From: Octopus sinensis
Taxonomy: Eukaryota
NCBI RefSeq assembly: GCF_006345805.1
Contig: NC_043012.1
Coordinates: 38,626,001 to 38,690,000 of the forward strand
Length of the DNA stretch: 64,000 bases
Reading direction: 5' to 3'
This document shows positions 24,810 through 37,668 of this stretch, one piece after another. The first letter of the stretch is position 1, and every line of letters starts with the position of its first letter. Below the pieces are notes generated by a model, which was given only the letters and a program-made list of their open reading frames with translations, searched no databases and was not told the DNA's origin. The translations under genes were made by a program, and so were the position numbers.

Positions 24810-25959
24810 TACCAAATTAATAAAGGCCACAGAAGTGACAGAGGGTACTGGCTAGCACCGCTGTTTCTAAAGATAAGAGTTTAACTAAATCAAAGCCACA
24901 GATGCACTCCCTTAAGTGACTGACAATGGGAGGTAAGTCCCCAACGTATATATATATGTATGTATGTATATATATATATATATGTATATATATTATATTT
25001 TTACATATATGTATACATCCTCATGAATATACGAATATATATATATAGACATTTATTAACTCGCATCTATATATGAATATGTATACATACGCGTATTTAT
25101 AATTATACGTTTATAAAATGTATATATGTACGGGCATAATATATGCGTATGTATACATGTACATACACAGAAGCGCGAGTATATATGTGTATACACGTGT
25201 GTGTCTCAATGTTTGTGTGTGTGTCTCTGTATGTGTGTGCACTCAATGGTTGAAGCACTAGGAATTCAGTACAAAGCAGTATTCAGCAGATATTCCTAGA
25301 TAAAAGCGAACATCGGGAGATAGAAATTTCGAAAAGAAAAGGGACTAATAGGGCCGGGGTGGGGTAAGATGGGGGGAAAGAATAGATATATAAATGAATA
25401 GAATAAAGACAATAAAAACTATGGCAAAGAAAATATTCCTTAAAGGGTGGAGTGAAAAGAAAAGAAAGAAACAGACAAACTGCAAATCAATCAATTGATC
25501 AGATGAAAAGAGGTGAAACTCGACTCTTGTGAGGAAATTAAGAGATGCTGAACGCTTGCACTCCATCGCAGCGGCAGTCGGGTTTATTGATTCTTTTTAC
25601 GCTGGTTTCAAGTGCAAATTTATTAAACAGTTTTGAAACGGATCCCAAATAATAAAGAGATGCGTGATTGTACATATGTGTGTCTGTATGTGTGTGTGTG
25701 TGTAAGGGCAGAGATGGGCGTCTGCAGTTCCCATCTACGTATGTATGCACGTGCGCGTGCTTATTTGTTTGTGTGTGTGTGGGTGGGTGGGTGTGTGAGC
25801 GTCTGTATTTGTGTGTGTCTGTGTTTGCATGTATTTATACATATATATAGATATACATCATGTTCTCTAATTAAGCAAAAAGCTGTCGGTAGGATATACA
25901 TACATACTACATATATAATAAATAAATATATATATATATATATATAATATATATTATAG

Positions 25960-25990
<31 letters not shown>

Positions 25991-26714
25991 CATACATAAA
26001 TATATATATATATAAACATATATATATATATATATACATATATACATATACATACATATAGGTATATATATGTATACGTATTTTTATACACACACATACA
26101 AGCATATAAATGCTAGAGGGAGTGCGTGCATGTGTATGTGATTATCTACTTGCATGCACACACACACGCGTATTCAGAACTGATTCAGAACACCCTGTAG
26201 AATGGGATATATATATATATATATATGTTGCCTTTTTTTTCCTAAAAGATTCTGTGTTCTTCCTGATATATGTTTAATAGTTTGGTGGCTGTTTTGTTGC
26301 AGATAGTTTCTGAGAGCACACAAGCTCATATATCCACACACGGAGATCCATATTTAAGTGTGTGAGGTATTTCGGAGCTTCCCATCCTTAAAAGGCGAAA
26401 GAATAGACAGGGTTCACAAATTATTTCAGTAAAACGGTAATCGTTTTGAATTGCTTAGGCACTCCTCACTCAACTATCCGCGGTTGTCCGCAGCAGCTAA
26501 TAGTATTGAGATCAGATTGTTGACCAGGTTAAGGAAGCATCTATGGAGGAATGAATTGACTGGAGAGGTGCATGAATGCTTTGGCTAAGCCGTGTAGGGA
26601 GGAAGCAGAATCTACCTCAGGAAGTCAACCGTACCTAACCTGTTAGTCGGTTTATATCAATTGTATAAAGTTTATAAACCATATACCCTTACGTGTAGGG
26701 GGTTTATCTTTTGA

Positions 26715-27010
26715 TTATTTCAGTCACCGGACTGCGACCATTCGAAGGATACACCTTCAAAAACGTTTACTCCAACAAATGGACATCCGTGTTTATTTGT
26801 TAAGTGTGGTACTTATGCAAATCAGTCACTTTTACCAAACCCATAAGATATGTAGAAGCAAACAAACCAACACCGATAATCAAGCATATACATATCTGGG
26901 GGTTTTCCGCTTTTGTTTATAGCAGAAGATAGTTGCCCACGGTGCCGCGTAATGAACCTGAACTCGGTATCATGCGGTTGAGGAGCAAATTTCTTATGAC
27001 ACAGCCATGC
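26715..27010 (-). mobile_element. SINE family A, heavily decayed
   Basis: Remnants tcagtcaccggactgcgacc and gaagatagttgcccacggtgccgcg...cacagccatgcc. Confidence 0.55.
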
Positions 27011-27100
27011 CAAGAGCTCCTAAAAGCATTAGTATTTTAAAAAGAAAGGCAGCAGCGGCGCAATAATACGGGTTACTATTATTGGTTAGTACACACACAA

Positions 27101-27159
<59 letters not shown>

Positions 27160-27184
27160 CATATATAATATATATATATGCGTA

Positions 27185-27520
27185 GACCCCTTCGGTCACG
27201 AATGAACATGGGATTGCACATAGAAAGTTACCTTCCGCGGCACAAGTCCGAGCAAGGTTGTTTTGTGGAAGGCCAGCAGTCGGCCATGCACACCAGACTC
27301 CCCTCTCCCCGCCACCGATGTCATCCAAAGGAAAGGCAAAGAGGCCGATACAGCTTGGCACCAGTGACGTCGCAACTCATTTCTACAGCTGGGTGAACTG
27401 GAGCAACGTGAAATAAAGTGTCTTGCTCAAGAATACAACATGCAGCCCGGTCCGGGATTCGAACTCACAACCTCACAATCGTAAGTTCGACGCTCTAACA
27501 ACTGCGCTATGCGCCTTCAC
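27185..27520 (-). mobile_element. SINE family B, full length
   Basis: Homologous end to end with 9650-9982 and 53298-53593. Confidence 0.92.
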
Positions 27521-27603
27521 ACACACACACGCACACACACACACACACAAACACACACACATATATGTATATATGCATATATTTATATAACTCATAGGAA
27601 CCA

Positions 27604-27646
<43 letters not shown>

Positions 27647-29218
27647 GTATGCATGCATGTATGTATGTATGTATGTATGTATGTATGTATGTATGTATGT
27701 ATGTATGTATACAAGCAAGCCTGCTTGGTTAGGAGGGTGGTTTTATTTGGACATGATACAGGATGTAAAACAAAACTCGTCAAATGAGGGAATAACTCAA
27801 TACAGCCAACGGTCATCCAAGAGATGAGAGTAAGGAACCCCTAGTCTTTCCTTAAGCATCTCGCTTTAGGAGAAGTGAATTTCCAAATAAAATCCGATGC
27901 ATAGCATGTTGCCGTCTTGCACCTGATTGTTTTCGGATTAAATGGCTTTACAGGTGAGATTCACAGCGGTGTGTTGTGCCAGTTGCTGTTGACTTGAAGT
28001 TTTAGCCCGGACATTGCTGACGGTTATTCTCTTTGGTATCTCGGATAAAATAATTTGTCACTGACGGTCCTAACCACGTACCAGTTTACAGTCTCCGTTT
28101 ATGTATGCATCTACATACGTTAAAATTACCATATATTATAAATATGTTCTAATGAGGAAGTTCCTTTGGCGATCTCGAGGTCTCAGTTTCGATACTGCTG
28201 CGTGGAATCTTGGATGTCATTATTTTTATAGCTTTGGGTCAAGCCATACTTTGCAAGTGGAACAGTGAAGACGTGGGGTTCTCAACCATTTTTGGGCTGT
28301 GGACTGCTTTGATTCCTAGATTACTCAATTGGAAGCCAATAGCCATTCGATCTTTAAAAAAAACTATCGAAATCTTCTAATTGAATATTATTAGGAATTG
28401 TTAACATATTTTTCATTGTAAAAATACTACGGATTTATTGCACATGAATTTTAACGACCAATATGCACGTCCAATGATCATATCACCGAAGTAGAAAATC
28501 ACTCGTGTAGACGGAGCATGTGTAGAATCCTCTCGAGTAGATCGTACCCGTAATACAAAAGCTTCTGCCTTCTCACACTCATTGTGTCACTCGGAATCTG
28601 TGAAGCAACTACATTAAAGATATATTTCTGCGGTATACTCAACCACTTACGTTAACATATTTACGTAATTACGTTAATTCAGGAGTAGATAACTCATTTA
28701 GTTGAATCTTCAATAGGATCCCTCTCATTGCAGTACGGTCGAAATTCACTAACCCCACGGTATATATACCCAACAGGTCCCCCCCCCCCAATAATTACAA
28801 TCAATAATTTCCCTCTGCATCAAGGGAGACCGTGCCAAAACGGAATTATTTCATATATATATATATTCATATTTTACTTTTCTTCTCCAATAAAGGCTAT
28901 ACAACTTATAACAAACTAATTAATATCTGACGCAATGTTAATTAAATGTGTTCAAACGTATTTAGTGAGTGAAAGCATGTTGTCAACTTAATGTGACAAT
29001 CCCATAAAAGGGAAGAATGCTACTGTTATTTAGCCCCAGGAAACACCGTTTCCAGTTGGCCATGACACATTTCCTGTGTCCTTATGCTTTTAAAGTGGAG
29101 ACAAGCATTTAGGGAGATCTACTGTGACTGTTTTGTCGCAATATTGAGCACACGCGTTGTTAAAAAAGATTTTGCATATATCAGATGCAACATTCTGCGT
29201 ATTTCATAACGTATGTAC

Positions 29219-29250
<32 letters not shown>

Positions 29251-29385
29251 TATATATACACAACAAATTCATGTATGTATGTGTGTATATGTATATATGT
29301 GTATGTATGTATGTTTATATATATATATATATGCTTGTCTACATATGTGTACATAGATGTATGAATATTATACATATATATATGT

Positions 29386-29420
<35 letters not shown>

Positions 29421-30081
29421 AAATACATGTATGTGTGCATGTATATATATGTACATATATACATGTGTCTGTGTATGTATATCTATATATATGTATATAT
29501 GTTAGGGTGTATATATGTATGTGTGTATGTGCTTGTGTTTGTGTGTGTTTGTGTGTGTGTTTGTAGAGACACACACACACATATAAACAAAGAGAAAGGG
29601 AGATATAAAGTAAAGGTGACCGAGTGTCATAAAGACATTGCTTCAGTCAGGGAAAGATGGCGGAGGGAACGTAAAAATTCTCAAAGGAATAAAGCTATTA
29701 CGATGGCGAACTGTGTCATATCAGAGAGATCTTAATTTGCTATGATCTATCGTAAATTGATGTAGGAATATAAAGCCTTCCTTTGATAATATTAACATTG
29801 ATATAGTAATTCTTGCTATTGTTATTGATGTTGTCGTTGTTGTGTTTATTGTCCATAGATGGTCATGAAATGTTTCCGCTGATCAGTGAGTATCGATTGG
29901 TTATAGGTGTTATGATAGCAATTGGGAAACGAGATGGAATGGTCGAGGAAAATAATGAGTTACTGGTGGTGGTGGTGGTGGTGGTGGTGGTGGTGGTGGC
30001 GGCAGAAGTGGTGTGTTATCTGTGTGTATGGCTGTGTGAGCGGATTAACGAGAAAATTTGTCAGAGACAGGCATATTAGAG

Positions 30082-30126
<45 letters not shown>

Positions 30127-30568
30127 GAGATAGAGTGAGAGAGGGATGTGTATGATAAGAGAAAAAAAAAGAAGAGGTCAGGCTGAAAGAAAGGTGATGG
30201 AGAACATATAAGTATTGGTGAAATTAAGAGAGAGATGCCGTGGGGGAAGGGAGGTGGCAGTGAGAGAGAATAATTGGAAAATGGAATGAAGACATCTGGA
30301 GATTGGGAAAGAGTAGAATGACGGTCGGTGAGTGAAGGAGAGAGAAAACATTGCGGGGGACATTATGGTAAAGTAAGGAGACAGAAAGGGAGAGAGGAAA
30401 ACGGAGACAGGAGGAAAGAGAGAGAGGGGGGGGGTAGTAGTAAAGATGATATAAGGCAGAAACATGAAGAGAAAGAAAAAAGAATTGAAATGTACCTGAA
30501 GGGAGATGCATTAAAATAACGCATTGTCTCTGTGTGTGTGTATACATATACATACATACATACATACA

Positions 30569-30636
<68 letters not shown>

Positions 30637-30783
30637 TACACATATACATATACATACATATATATACATATAAATATACACATATACATATACATACATA
30701 TATATATATACATATAAATATACACATATACATATACATACATATATATATATACATATAAATATACACATATACATATACAT

Positions 30784-30819
<36 letters not shown>

Positions 30820-31578
30820 TTACATTTCATCGACATCAGCGTATGTTGTTAGTGCGGATGTTTACATAGAATTATATTACATATTTCACCATTATTAACA
30901 GGTGATAAAGGGATCAGCATGACGTTTATACACGATGACACCTTTTTTCAAATATTAAATCCAGTGGAAGATAGAGAAGCCTGTCTAATATTCGGGAAAA
31001 ATCCAATACTGCGCCTTCTAGCCAGAGCTCTCCATTTCAAATTCATCCACAGTGAAGATCAGACATGAATAATTAAATTTGAAACATCCATAGGTTAACA
31101 TTAGTTGTAGTTATTGACAGGAGTATTTCGAAGTATATCTTTTAGCAAAGATCTCACTTGATTTGAAAGGATTCAAATTCCAGAGAAAGCACAGATAGAT
31201 ATACACACACACACGTGTGTGCGTATATGCAGGTGAGATATGTATGTTGATTAAAGATGCACATGTTCACTTATGTGCTATGTTGAAATCAATAAATATC
31301 ACACAAAGACAACAATTCGTCTCAGCAGCGGTCAGCGGAGCGATAGATGAATGTCGGTGAGAGAAATATAGACGAGGCAAATGCAAATATACACATGTAT
31401 ACTATTAGAAATACAGAGAGACACGCATGCATGTCAGTTGATTGTAACGCTCGTCGTCCGCGGATCCACCATATCTCCTCCTGAATTGACGTCTATCCAC
31501 AAACACGTGGGAACTTAGCGTAATTATCCAGCAGGTTAAGCGCAACACTAAGTATTTGTGTGTGTGTGTGTGTGTGTG

Positions 31579-31625
<47 letters not shown>

Positions 31626-31983
31626 TATGTGTGTGTGCGTGTGTGTATGTGCAACAGAGTGTCCCTTTGAAGTACAGGTCTGCCCCACTCAAGAGTACAT
31701 GAAAAACATCTGTACAGATGCTATCAACCCATGTTCGCTCAGAAATTATTGGTAGACTCGAGGAAATAAAAATCAATTGCTCCCAAATGACGTTCAGAGC
31801 GATTGAAACCGGGACCTCATTGTTGAGAAGGGAACAACCTACTTATTTGGCTATATAGACTGCGCTTACAAATATAAATATATATAGACGTAGGAGCACA
31901 TGACAAAGTTAAGTATACATCCATAAAAGGATGTATACAACTTTAATTAACATATGTCACATACATATACACACATACACACA

Positions 31984-32145
31984 GATGTAGGAGTGGCTGT
32001 GTGTTAAGTAGCTTGCTTACCCAACACATAGTTCCGGGTTCAATCCCACTTCGTGTCAGCTTGGGCAAGTGTCTTCTGCTATAGCCCCGGGCTGATCAAT
32101 TCCTTGTAAGTGGATTTGGTAAATGTAAACTAAAAGAAGACCGTC

Positions 32146-32212
<67 letters not shown>

Positions 32213-32370
32213 TATATTTATGTGTGTGTGTATGCTGGTGTATGTACGTCGCCGTAAACTAGCGGTTCGACAAAAAACAGCGACATAATAAGTAGTACGC
32301 TTACAAAAGAATAAGTCCTGGCAGCAGTCAAACGATTGAAACCAGTAAAAGAATAAAAAGGAGAAAAGAA
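31984..32370 (+). mobile_element. SINE family A
   Basis: Head taggagtggctgtgtgttaag..., core cttgggcaagtgtcttc, internal (TA)n. Confidence 0.88.
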
Positions 32371-32513
32371 TGTATATATATATAAACTTCTAGATTCTTC
32401 TACATTCAGCCACTCTGACGTCACTCATTATAAAGAGACACTCATTATCGCCATGGGCTCCTTGAGAGCGGTCAGCTAAAAGTTTTTTGTGCATTTTGAT
32501 GTCGACATAAGTT

Positions 32514-32609
32514 CCTTGATTTTTCTTGATGAGAAATCTGCATAATGTACTCCTTATTCCTTCGGAATTAGGAATATGCAGCCTTCGAAACATATGTCGA
32601 GAATAAAGG
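32514..32609 (+). ncRNA. Type I hammerhead ribozyme with extended branched stem II and one core substitution (C3U)
   Basis: CCTTGATTTTTC-TTGATGA-GAAatCTGCAT...ATTCCT-tcggaatt-AGGAAT-ATGCAGccTTC-GAAA-C-ATAT-GTC-GAGAATAAAGG. Stems I and II pair, stem III is the palindrome ACATATGT, and GUC is at 32596-32598. Confidence 0.7.
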
Positions 32610-33533
32610 ATATTTGTTAACTAGTCGTTCAACTCCATTCTTTCATATACTTATAATTTTAAAATAAACATACAAATTTCCGCACGAAGACACGTAGTCT
32701 ATGCCCTAGGGACGTAGCTTCAACCGTGTTCTTTCTGATGTGAATTTGCTACCCAGGTATCGGTTATTTTTCGAATTATCCTTAATAAGATAATTCATTC
32801 AATTACTCAAATATATATATACACATACAGCAAAGCGATAACTGATGGCGACACATATGTGTCAGTGTACGTGTGCGTGTGTGGGTATATATACATATAT
32901 ACATACATACACACACAGACACACACACATGTATATATGATGCATATTTGTGTACTTATACATGATGTCTGTATGTGTGTTTGTATATATATGCTTATGA
33001 ATGTATTTGTACGCATGTATATGTATACTTGTATATATATATATGTGTGTGTGTGTGTGTATATATGCATTCATACATGAATATATATATAGATGTGTGT
33101 GTGTTAGTGTTTGCGTGTGTATGCATATGTGTGTGTGTGAGTATGTGTGTATGTATGCATGCATATATGCATGCATATATGCAGGTATACGTATATATGT
33201 ATGTATGGACGTCGACATGGCGACATATAATGAAAACTCGATATATCAACAACATTCTGTGAGTATATATTTACATAAATATCGAATGGATATTTCCAGG
33301 ATATTATGTAAATATAATTAGATATTTGAGAGAAGCATTGAATTAAGCAAATACTCGACACACACTCTGCCGATTCCACACACTCTTGGAGTTCTGCAGA
33401 TATTTTCGTTTCATTTTCATTTTTAATGCCCATTACAACTGTAATTAAGCCATCTCACCCTCTGCAGCTCTGTCTATCTTTGTCTATAGTTCTTTGTCTA
33501 TATGTATGTATCCTTGTCTGTCTGTCTTTCTGC

Positions 33534-33534
<1 letters not shown>

Positions 33535-33608
<74 letters not shown>

Positions 33609-33610
33609 AC

Positions 33611-33679
<69 letters not shown>

Positions 33680-33680
33680 A
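33535..33680. repeat. (TATC)n microsatellite
   Basis: Direct repeat. Confidence 0.97.
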
Positions 33681-33983
33681 TATCTATCTCTGTGTTTGTG
33701 ATTTATGAGAAGTACAAACTTCGCAAATTGTCTAAATATCTCGGTGCCGTTCTTAGGTGGATCATGAGCAAGTGCGACAGAAATATGACTAACCATAAAC
33801 ATGTGTCTTCTATGCGCAGCATATACCTCAATGAGCATCGATGTTCAGCGAACTATGGTATACTAAACTGTATTGTTTATTTTCAATTATGGAACCAAGT
33901 AATTGCAGTCAGATTATTTGATAACGAGTGTTTTATTTTAATCTCTATTCTTATCACTCACTTGTTTGAAATACACTTACATA

Positions 33984-34156
33984 CAAGATAGTGCTGAAAA
34001 GTTCCTGGCTTTTGGGCAAAGAAAATACAAGAGCTTTATTTAATTGTGATTTTATTCAATATATTTGTCTCTCAGATTCACACATTTATTGCAGCGGTCC
34101 TTTAGTTTTTCTAAGTCCCGTAAAAGATCGCGAAACTTTTCTGCACTCCCATCGTG
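33984..34156 (-). mobile_element. Internally deleted mariner derivative (MITE-like)
   Basis: Degenerate TIRs caagatagtgctgaaaagttc / gaaacttttctgcactcccatcgtg. The minus strand encodes KLKDRCNKCVNLRDKYIE (mariner C-terminus). Same family as 42271-42480. Confidence 0.7.
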
Positions 34157-34760
34157 TATACAGACTAAGAAAGATAGATAAACACATATACATTGATCTA
34201 CATATTGATCTATCGATGTATTCATCAATTTAAACCCAAACCTTTGCATATCTATCGATATAATTGTCTTCTCTCTCAAAGCTAAGTAATTAATTTGCAA
34301 ATTACAAGCGCGAGAGTTTGAACCCATTGTGGGACTTCCTGACTTAAAGACTCCCAGTGAAAAGAAATCGACCCAGCCAAGCGACACCATTTCATGTTCC
34401 ACGTATTTTCGTTATAAAATCGTTCAATCAGCGAACATAATTGAATTTATGAGACATTTTATTCTTCGTATTTCATCCTCTCCTTTTATTTGCTCTCGGT
34501 ATTGTGATGAAGTACAATTATTCAAAACGTCATGCCTAACAATTTCAGATCGCGCCCCATCAAAGTAATCATTCGGTGAACTAAACCACTACTCGTGTCT
34601 TCCTTTTAGTTTTACTCTGAGGATCTATCGCTCTAGCTCTCTCTATCTATATGATACATGTTCACGCATGTGTTAAGTGAGCAACCAGGCATTTAGGCTA
34701 AAGCGTGCACTGTTAAGTATGGAGGTCATATATGTATATATATATATATATATATGCATA

Positions 34761-34799
<39 letters not shown>

Positions 34800-35106
34800 T
34801 ATACAGATGCGCACACACATACATAGATATATGTAGACATACATACATACACATGTATAAATACATATGTATATATGTATATATTCACATAAATATAGAG
34901 ATATATACATACACATACGCACAAATAAACGTATACATACATCTACCAAATTCACTCATTTTGGCGGGCCGTGGGTAAGTTTGAAGGCCCTTGCGCAAGC
35001 TGGCACACATGGAACGTAACCAGGAACCGTTTTGTTGGGAAAGAAAGCTTCTTACTACACAACCATACCATTTACACATATATCTAGAACTATCATTTTA
35101 TATGTA

Positions 35107-35154
<48 letters not shown>

Positions 35155-35205
35155 AATACACATATGCACATATACATGTATATATACACTCAAACACACA
35201 CACAC

Positions 35206-35270
<65 letters not shown>

Positions 35271-35271
35271 G

Positions 35272-35433
35272 TAAGCTCATAAATGTGAAACAAGGTGGAA
35301 AACTCAGTACTCGAATACCGGAGGTAGAGTAATATGCTTCATTAATAAAGCTGCAAAACATCACAGAAAAACTGTCCGACGAACAGGTAACTCTGATTAA
35401 CAGTTGTTGTGATGTCTTTGCAGCTTTATTAAT
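35272..35433. mobile_element. Fold-back relic centred on a decayed hammerhead (probable inverted pLTR junction)
   Basis: Arms ATTAATAAAGCTGCAAA-ACATCACA-gaaa-AACTGT / ACAGTT-gt-TGTGATGT-c-TTTGCAGCTTTATTAAT enclose CCGACGA-acaggt-AAC-tctga-TTA. Confidence 0.45.
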
Positions 35434-35454
35434 AAAGTGTGTGTGTGTGTACTA

Positions 35455-35796
35455 TAGGGCCAGTCGATTAGTTCATCTCCAGTACACCCACTGATACTTA
35501 TTTTATCGATCCCGAAAGGTTGAAAAGCAAAGTCACCCTCGGCGGAATTTGCACAGACGAAATACCTATTTCTTCACTACCAACAAGGGGCTAAACACAG
35601 AAGAGACAAACAAGGACAGACAAACGGATTAAGTCGATTATATCGACCCCAGTGCGTAACTGGTAGTTATTTAATCGACCCCAAAATGATGAAAGGCAAA
35701 GTCGACCTCGGCGGAATTTGAACTCAGAACGTAGCGACAGACGAAATACCGCAAAGCTTTTCGCCTGGCCTGCTAATGTTTCTGATTGCTCGCCAT
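35455..35796 (-). mobile_element. SINE family E with duplicated core (dimeric)
   Basis: Two successive copies of atcgaYcccgaaa..tgaaaRgcaaagtc.acctcggcggaattt; a tRNA-like head is present only on the 5' monomer. Confidence 0.85.
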
Positions 35797-36039
35797 CGTA
35801 GGCACGCTGGAATATTGTAAATCATATTCCATAGGTACATATGTAACATTATAAGTATCATAAATGTATATATAACATATACCACAAATGTGTAGCCTTT
35901 CTCTTTTGTATAACAAAATGTATTAAAATTCGTTTTTTCTTTCATCTGCATACATTTGCCGTATATCATACGCGTTGATTCATGAAGGGAACGATCTTAT
36001 TTTCGAAATAATTGAGCTCTGCATTGATCCAATGCTTTT

Positions 36040-36406
36040 TTTTACTCTAGGAACAAGACCCATAATTTTGGCAGAGGGTGCCAGATGACTAGATCGACCT
36101 CAGTACGCAACTAGGACTTAATTTATCAACCCCGGAGGGATGAAATGCAAAGTCGACCTTGGCGGAATTTGAACTCAGAAATACGACAAATATTTTTTTC
36201 TACTCTAGATACATGGCTCGAAATGATTGGGGAGATAACCAGTCGATTATATCGACCCCAGTATGCAATTCGTACTTAATATATCGACTCTGAAAGGTTG
36301 AAAAGCAAAGTCGACCTCGGCCGAATTTGAACACAGAACGGAAATACAGACGAAATACCACTAAGCATTTCGCCTGGCGTGCTAACGTTTCTGCTAGCTC
36401 ACCGCC
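36040..36406 (-). mobile_element. SINE family E with duplicated core (dimeric)
   Basis: Two cores gcaaagtcgacctYggcSgaatttgaac; head rc GGCGGTGAGCTAGCAGAAACGTTAGC. Confidence 0.85.
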
Positions 36407-36685
36407 TTTTCATTGGTCCAATATTAAATAGATATTAGCTTCAATGTTTTAATCACCAGATCAGCAAGCTATAAACCTGCGCTTTTCTAAATATACGTAT
36501 GTGTATGTTTACTGATTGCAATTTCTTGTAAGAACAGCATCTCTCCTTCAACGTTGCTCTACTATGCTCTGGCAGATAGGTTGACAACCCAGGATTTAAA
36601 CAACAGGAACGTTCGCAGATGTAAAACTTATCATTCTTTCCATCACCAATGTACCGACGCGCGCGCAACAATATTATTATTTAGA

Positions 36686-37055
36686 TATCCACTCATAAGG
36701 CTTTGGTCGGCCCAAGGCTAAAGTAGAATACAGTTGCCCCAGGTGCTACGAAGTGGGTCTGGACTACATGGTTCTGGGTTCAGTCCCACTGCGTGGCACT
36801 TTGGGCAAGTCTCTTCTATGGCTTCGGGCCGACCAAAGCCATGTGAGTGGATTTGGTAGACGGAATCTGAAAGAAGCCTCTCGTATATATATATATATAT
36901 ATACGTATGTGTGTATCTTTGTGTATTTGTTTGTGTGTCTGTGTTTGTCTCCCCAGCATCGTTTGACAACCGATGTCAGTGTGTTTAGTCCCCGTAACTT
37001 AGCGGTTCGGCAAAAGTGGCCGATAGAATAAGTACAAGGCTTACAAAGAATATGT
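36686..37055. mobile_element. SINE family A with inverted (fold-back) 5' end
   Basis: 36688-36763 is the reverse complement of 36766-36851 of the adjoining + copy. Confidence 0.85.
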
Positions 37056-37056
37056 C

Positions 37057-37328
37057 TAGGGAGAGTCATGCCAATGTTATTAACACACGCACTGGCTCAA
37101 TCCCGCTGCTTTATTATGAGAGAATTGGGTGTACGAAAGTCATTGAAAAGGTTTTAAGTAGCAATGAAAGTGTTTTGACAAACAAAAATAAATCAAATGA
37201 CTTACTGTTTAACCAAATATAAAAACATTCGATTAGTTAGTCGGATATTGTACCAAGTGACTAATAATGAATGAGTAGAATTCAACCAGCGCGAGTGTTA
37301 ATAATATTGGCATAATGATCCTTCCTAG
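37057..37328. mobile_element. Small MITE-like element with ~60-bp imperfect TIRs that truncates the SINE tail
   Basis: ctagggagagtcatgccaatgttattaacacacgcactgg versus rc of ccagcgcgagtgttaataatattggcataatgatccttcctag. Confidence 0.5.
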
Positions 37329-37535
37329 AAACAACAAAATTTGTTTCAAAACATAAAGAATCTCGCAAACCAGATGCAAAAACGAAGTGTGTGCATTTGT
37401 GTGTGTGGTTAAAATCCCTCAGCTTCACGGAAACATTTTCATACACTGAATGGTAAATAACTGCCCCAGAGTGAGCGCGACATATATATACATACATGCA
37501 TACGTACATACATACATAAATACATAAATACATAC

Positions 37536-37584
<49 letters not shown>

Positions 37585-37668
37585 ATATATATATATTTAT
37601 TGTATATATGTATGTATATATATATAACAAAGTGGAGTTGTAGGGTACCGCACGAGTGGAATTATATA

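Noticed and set aside
25495-25545. CAGATGA...GAAAC-TCGA motif
   Set aside because: Core mismatch, no stem II pairing and no cleavage triplet.
30600-30800. Regular ~36-40-bp periodic repeat that might be read as a CRISPR-like array
   Set aside because: It is a higher-order AT/AC microsatellite with no unique spacers, in eukaryotic context.
31320-31345. RE1/NRSE-like TCAGCAGCGGTCAGCG
   Set aside because: The spacing is 2 nt short of the consensus and there are several mismatches.
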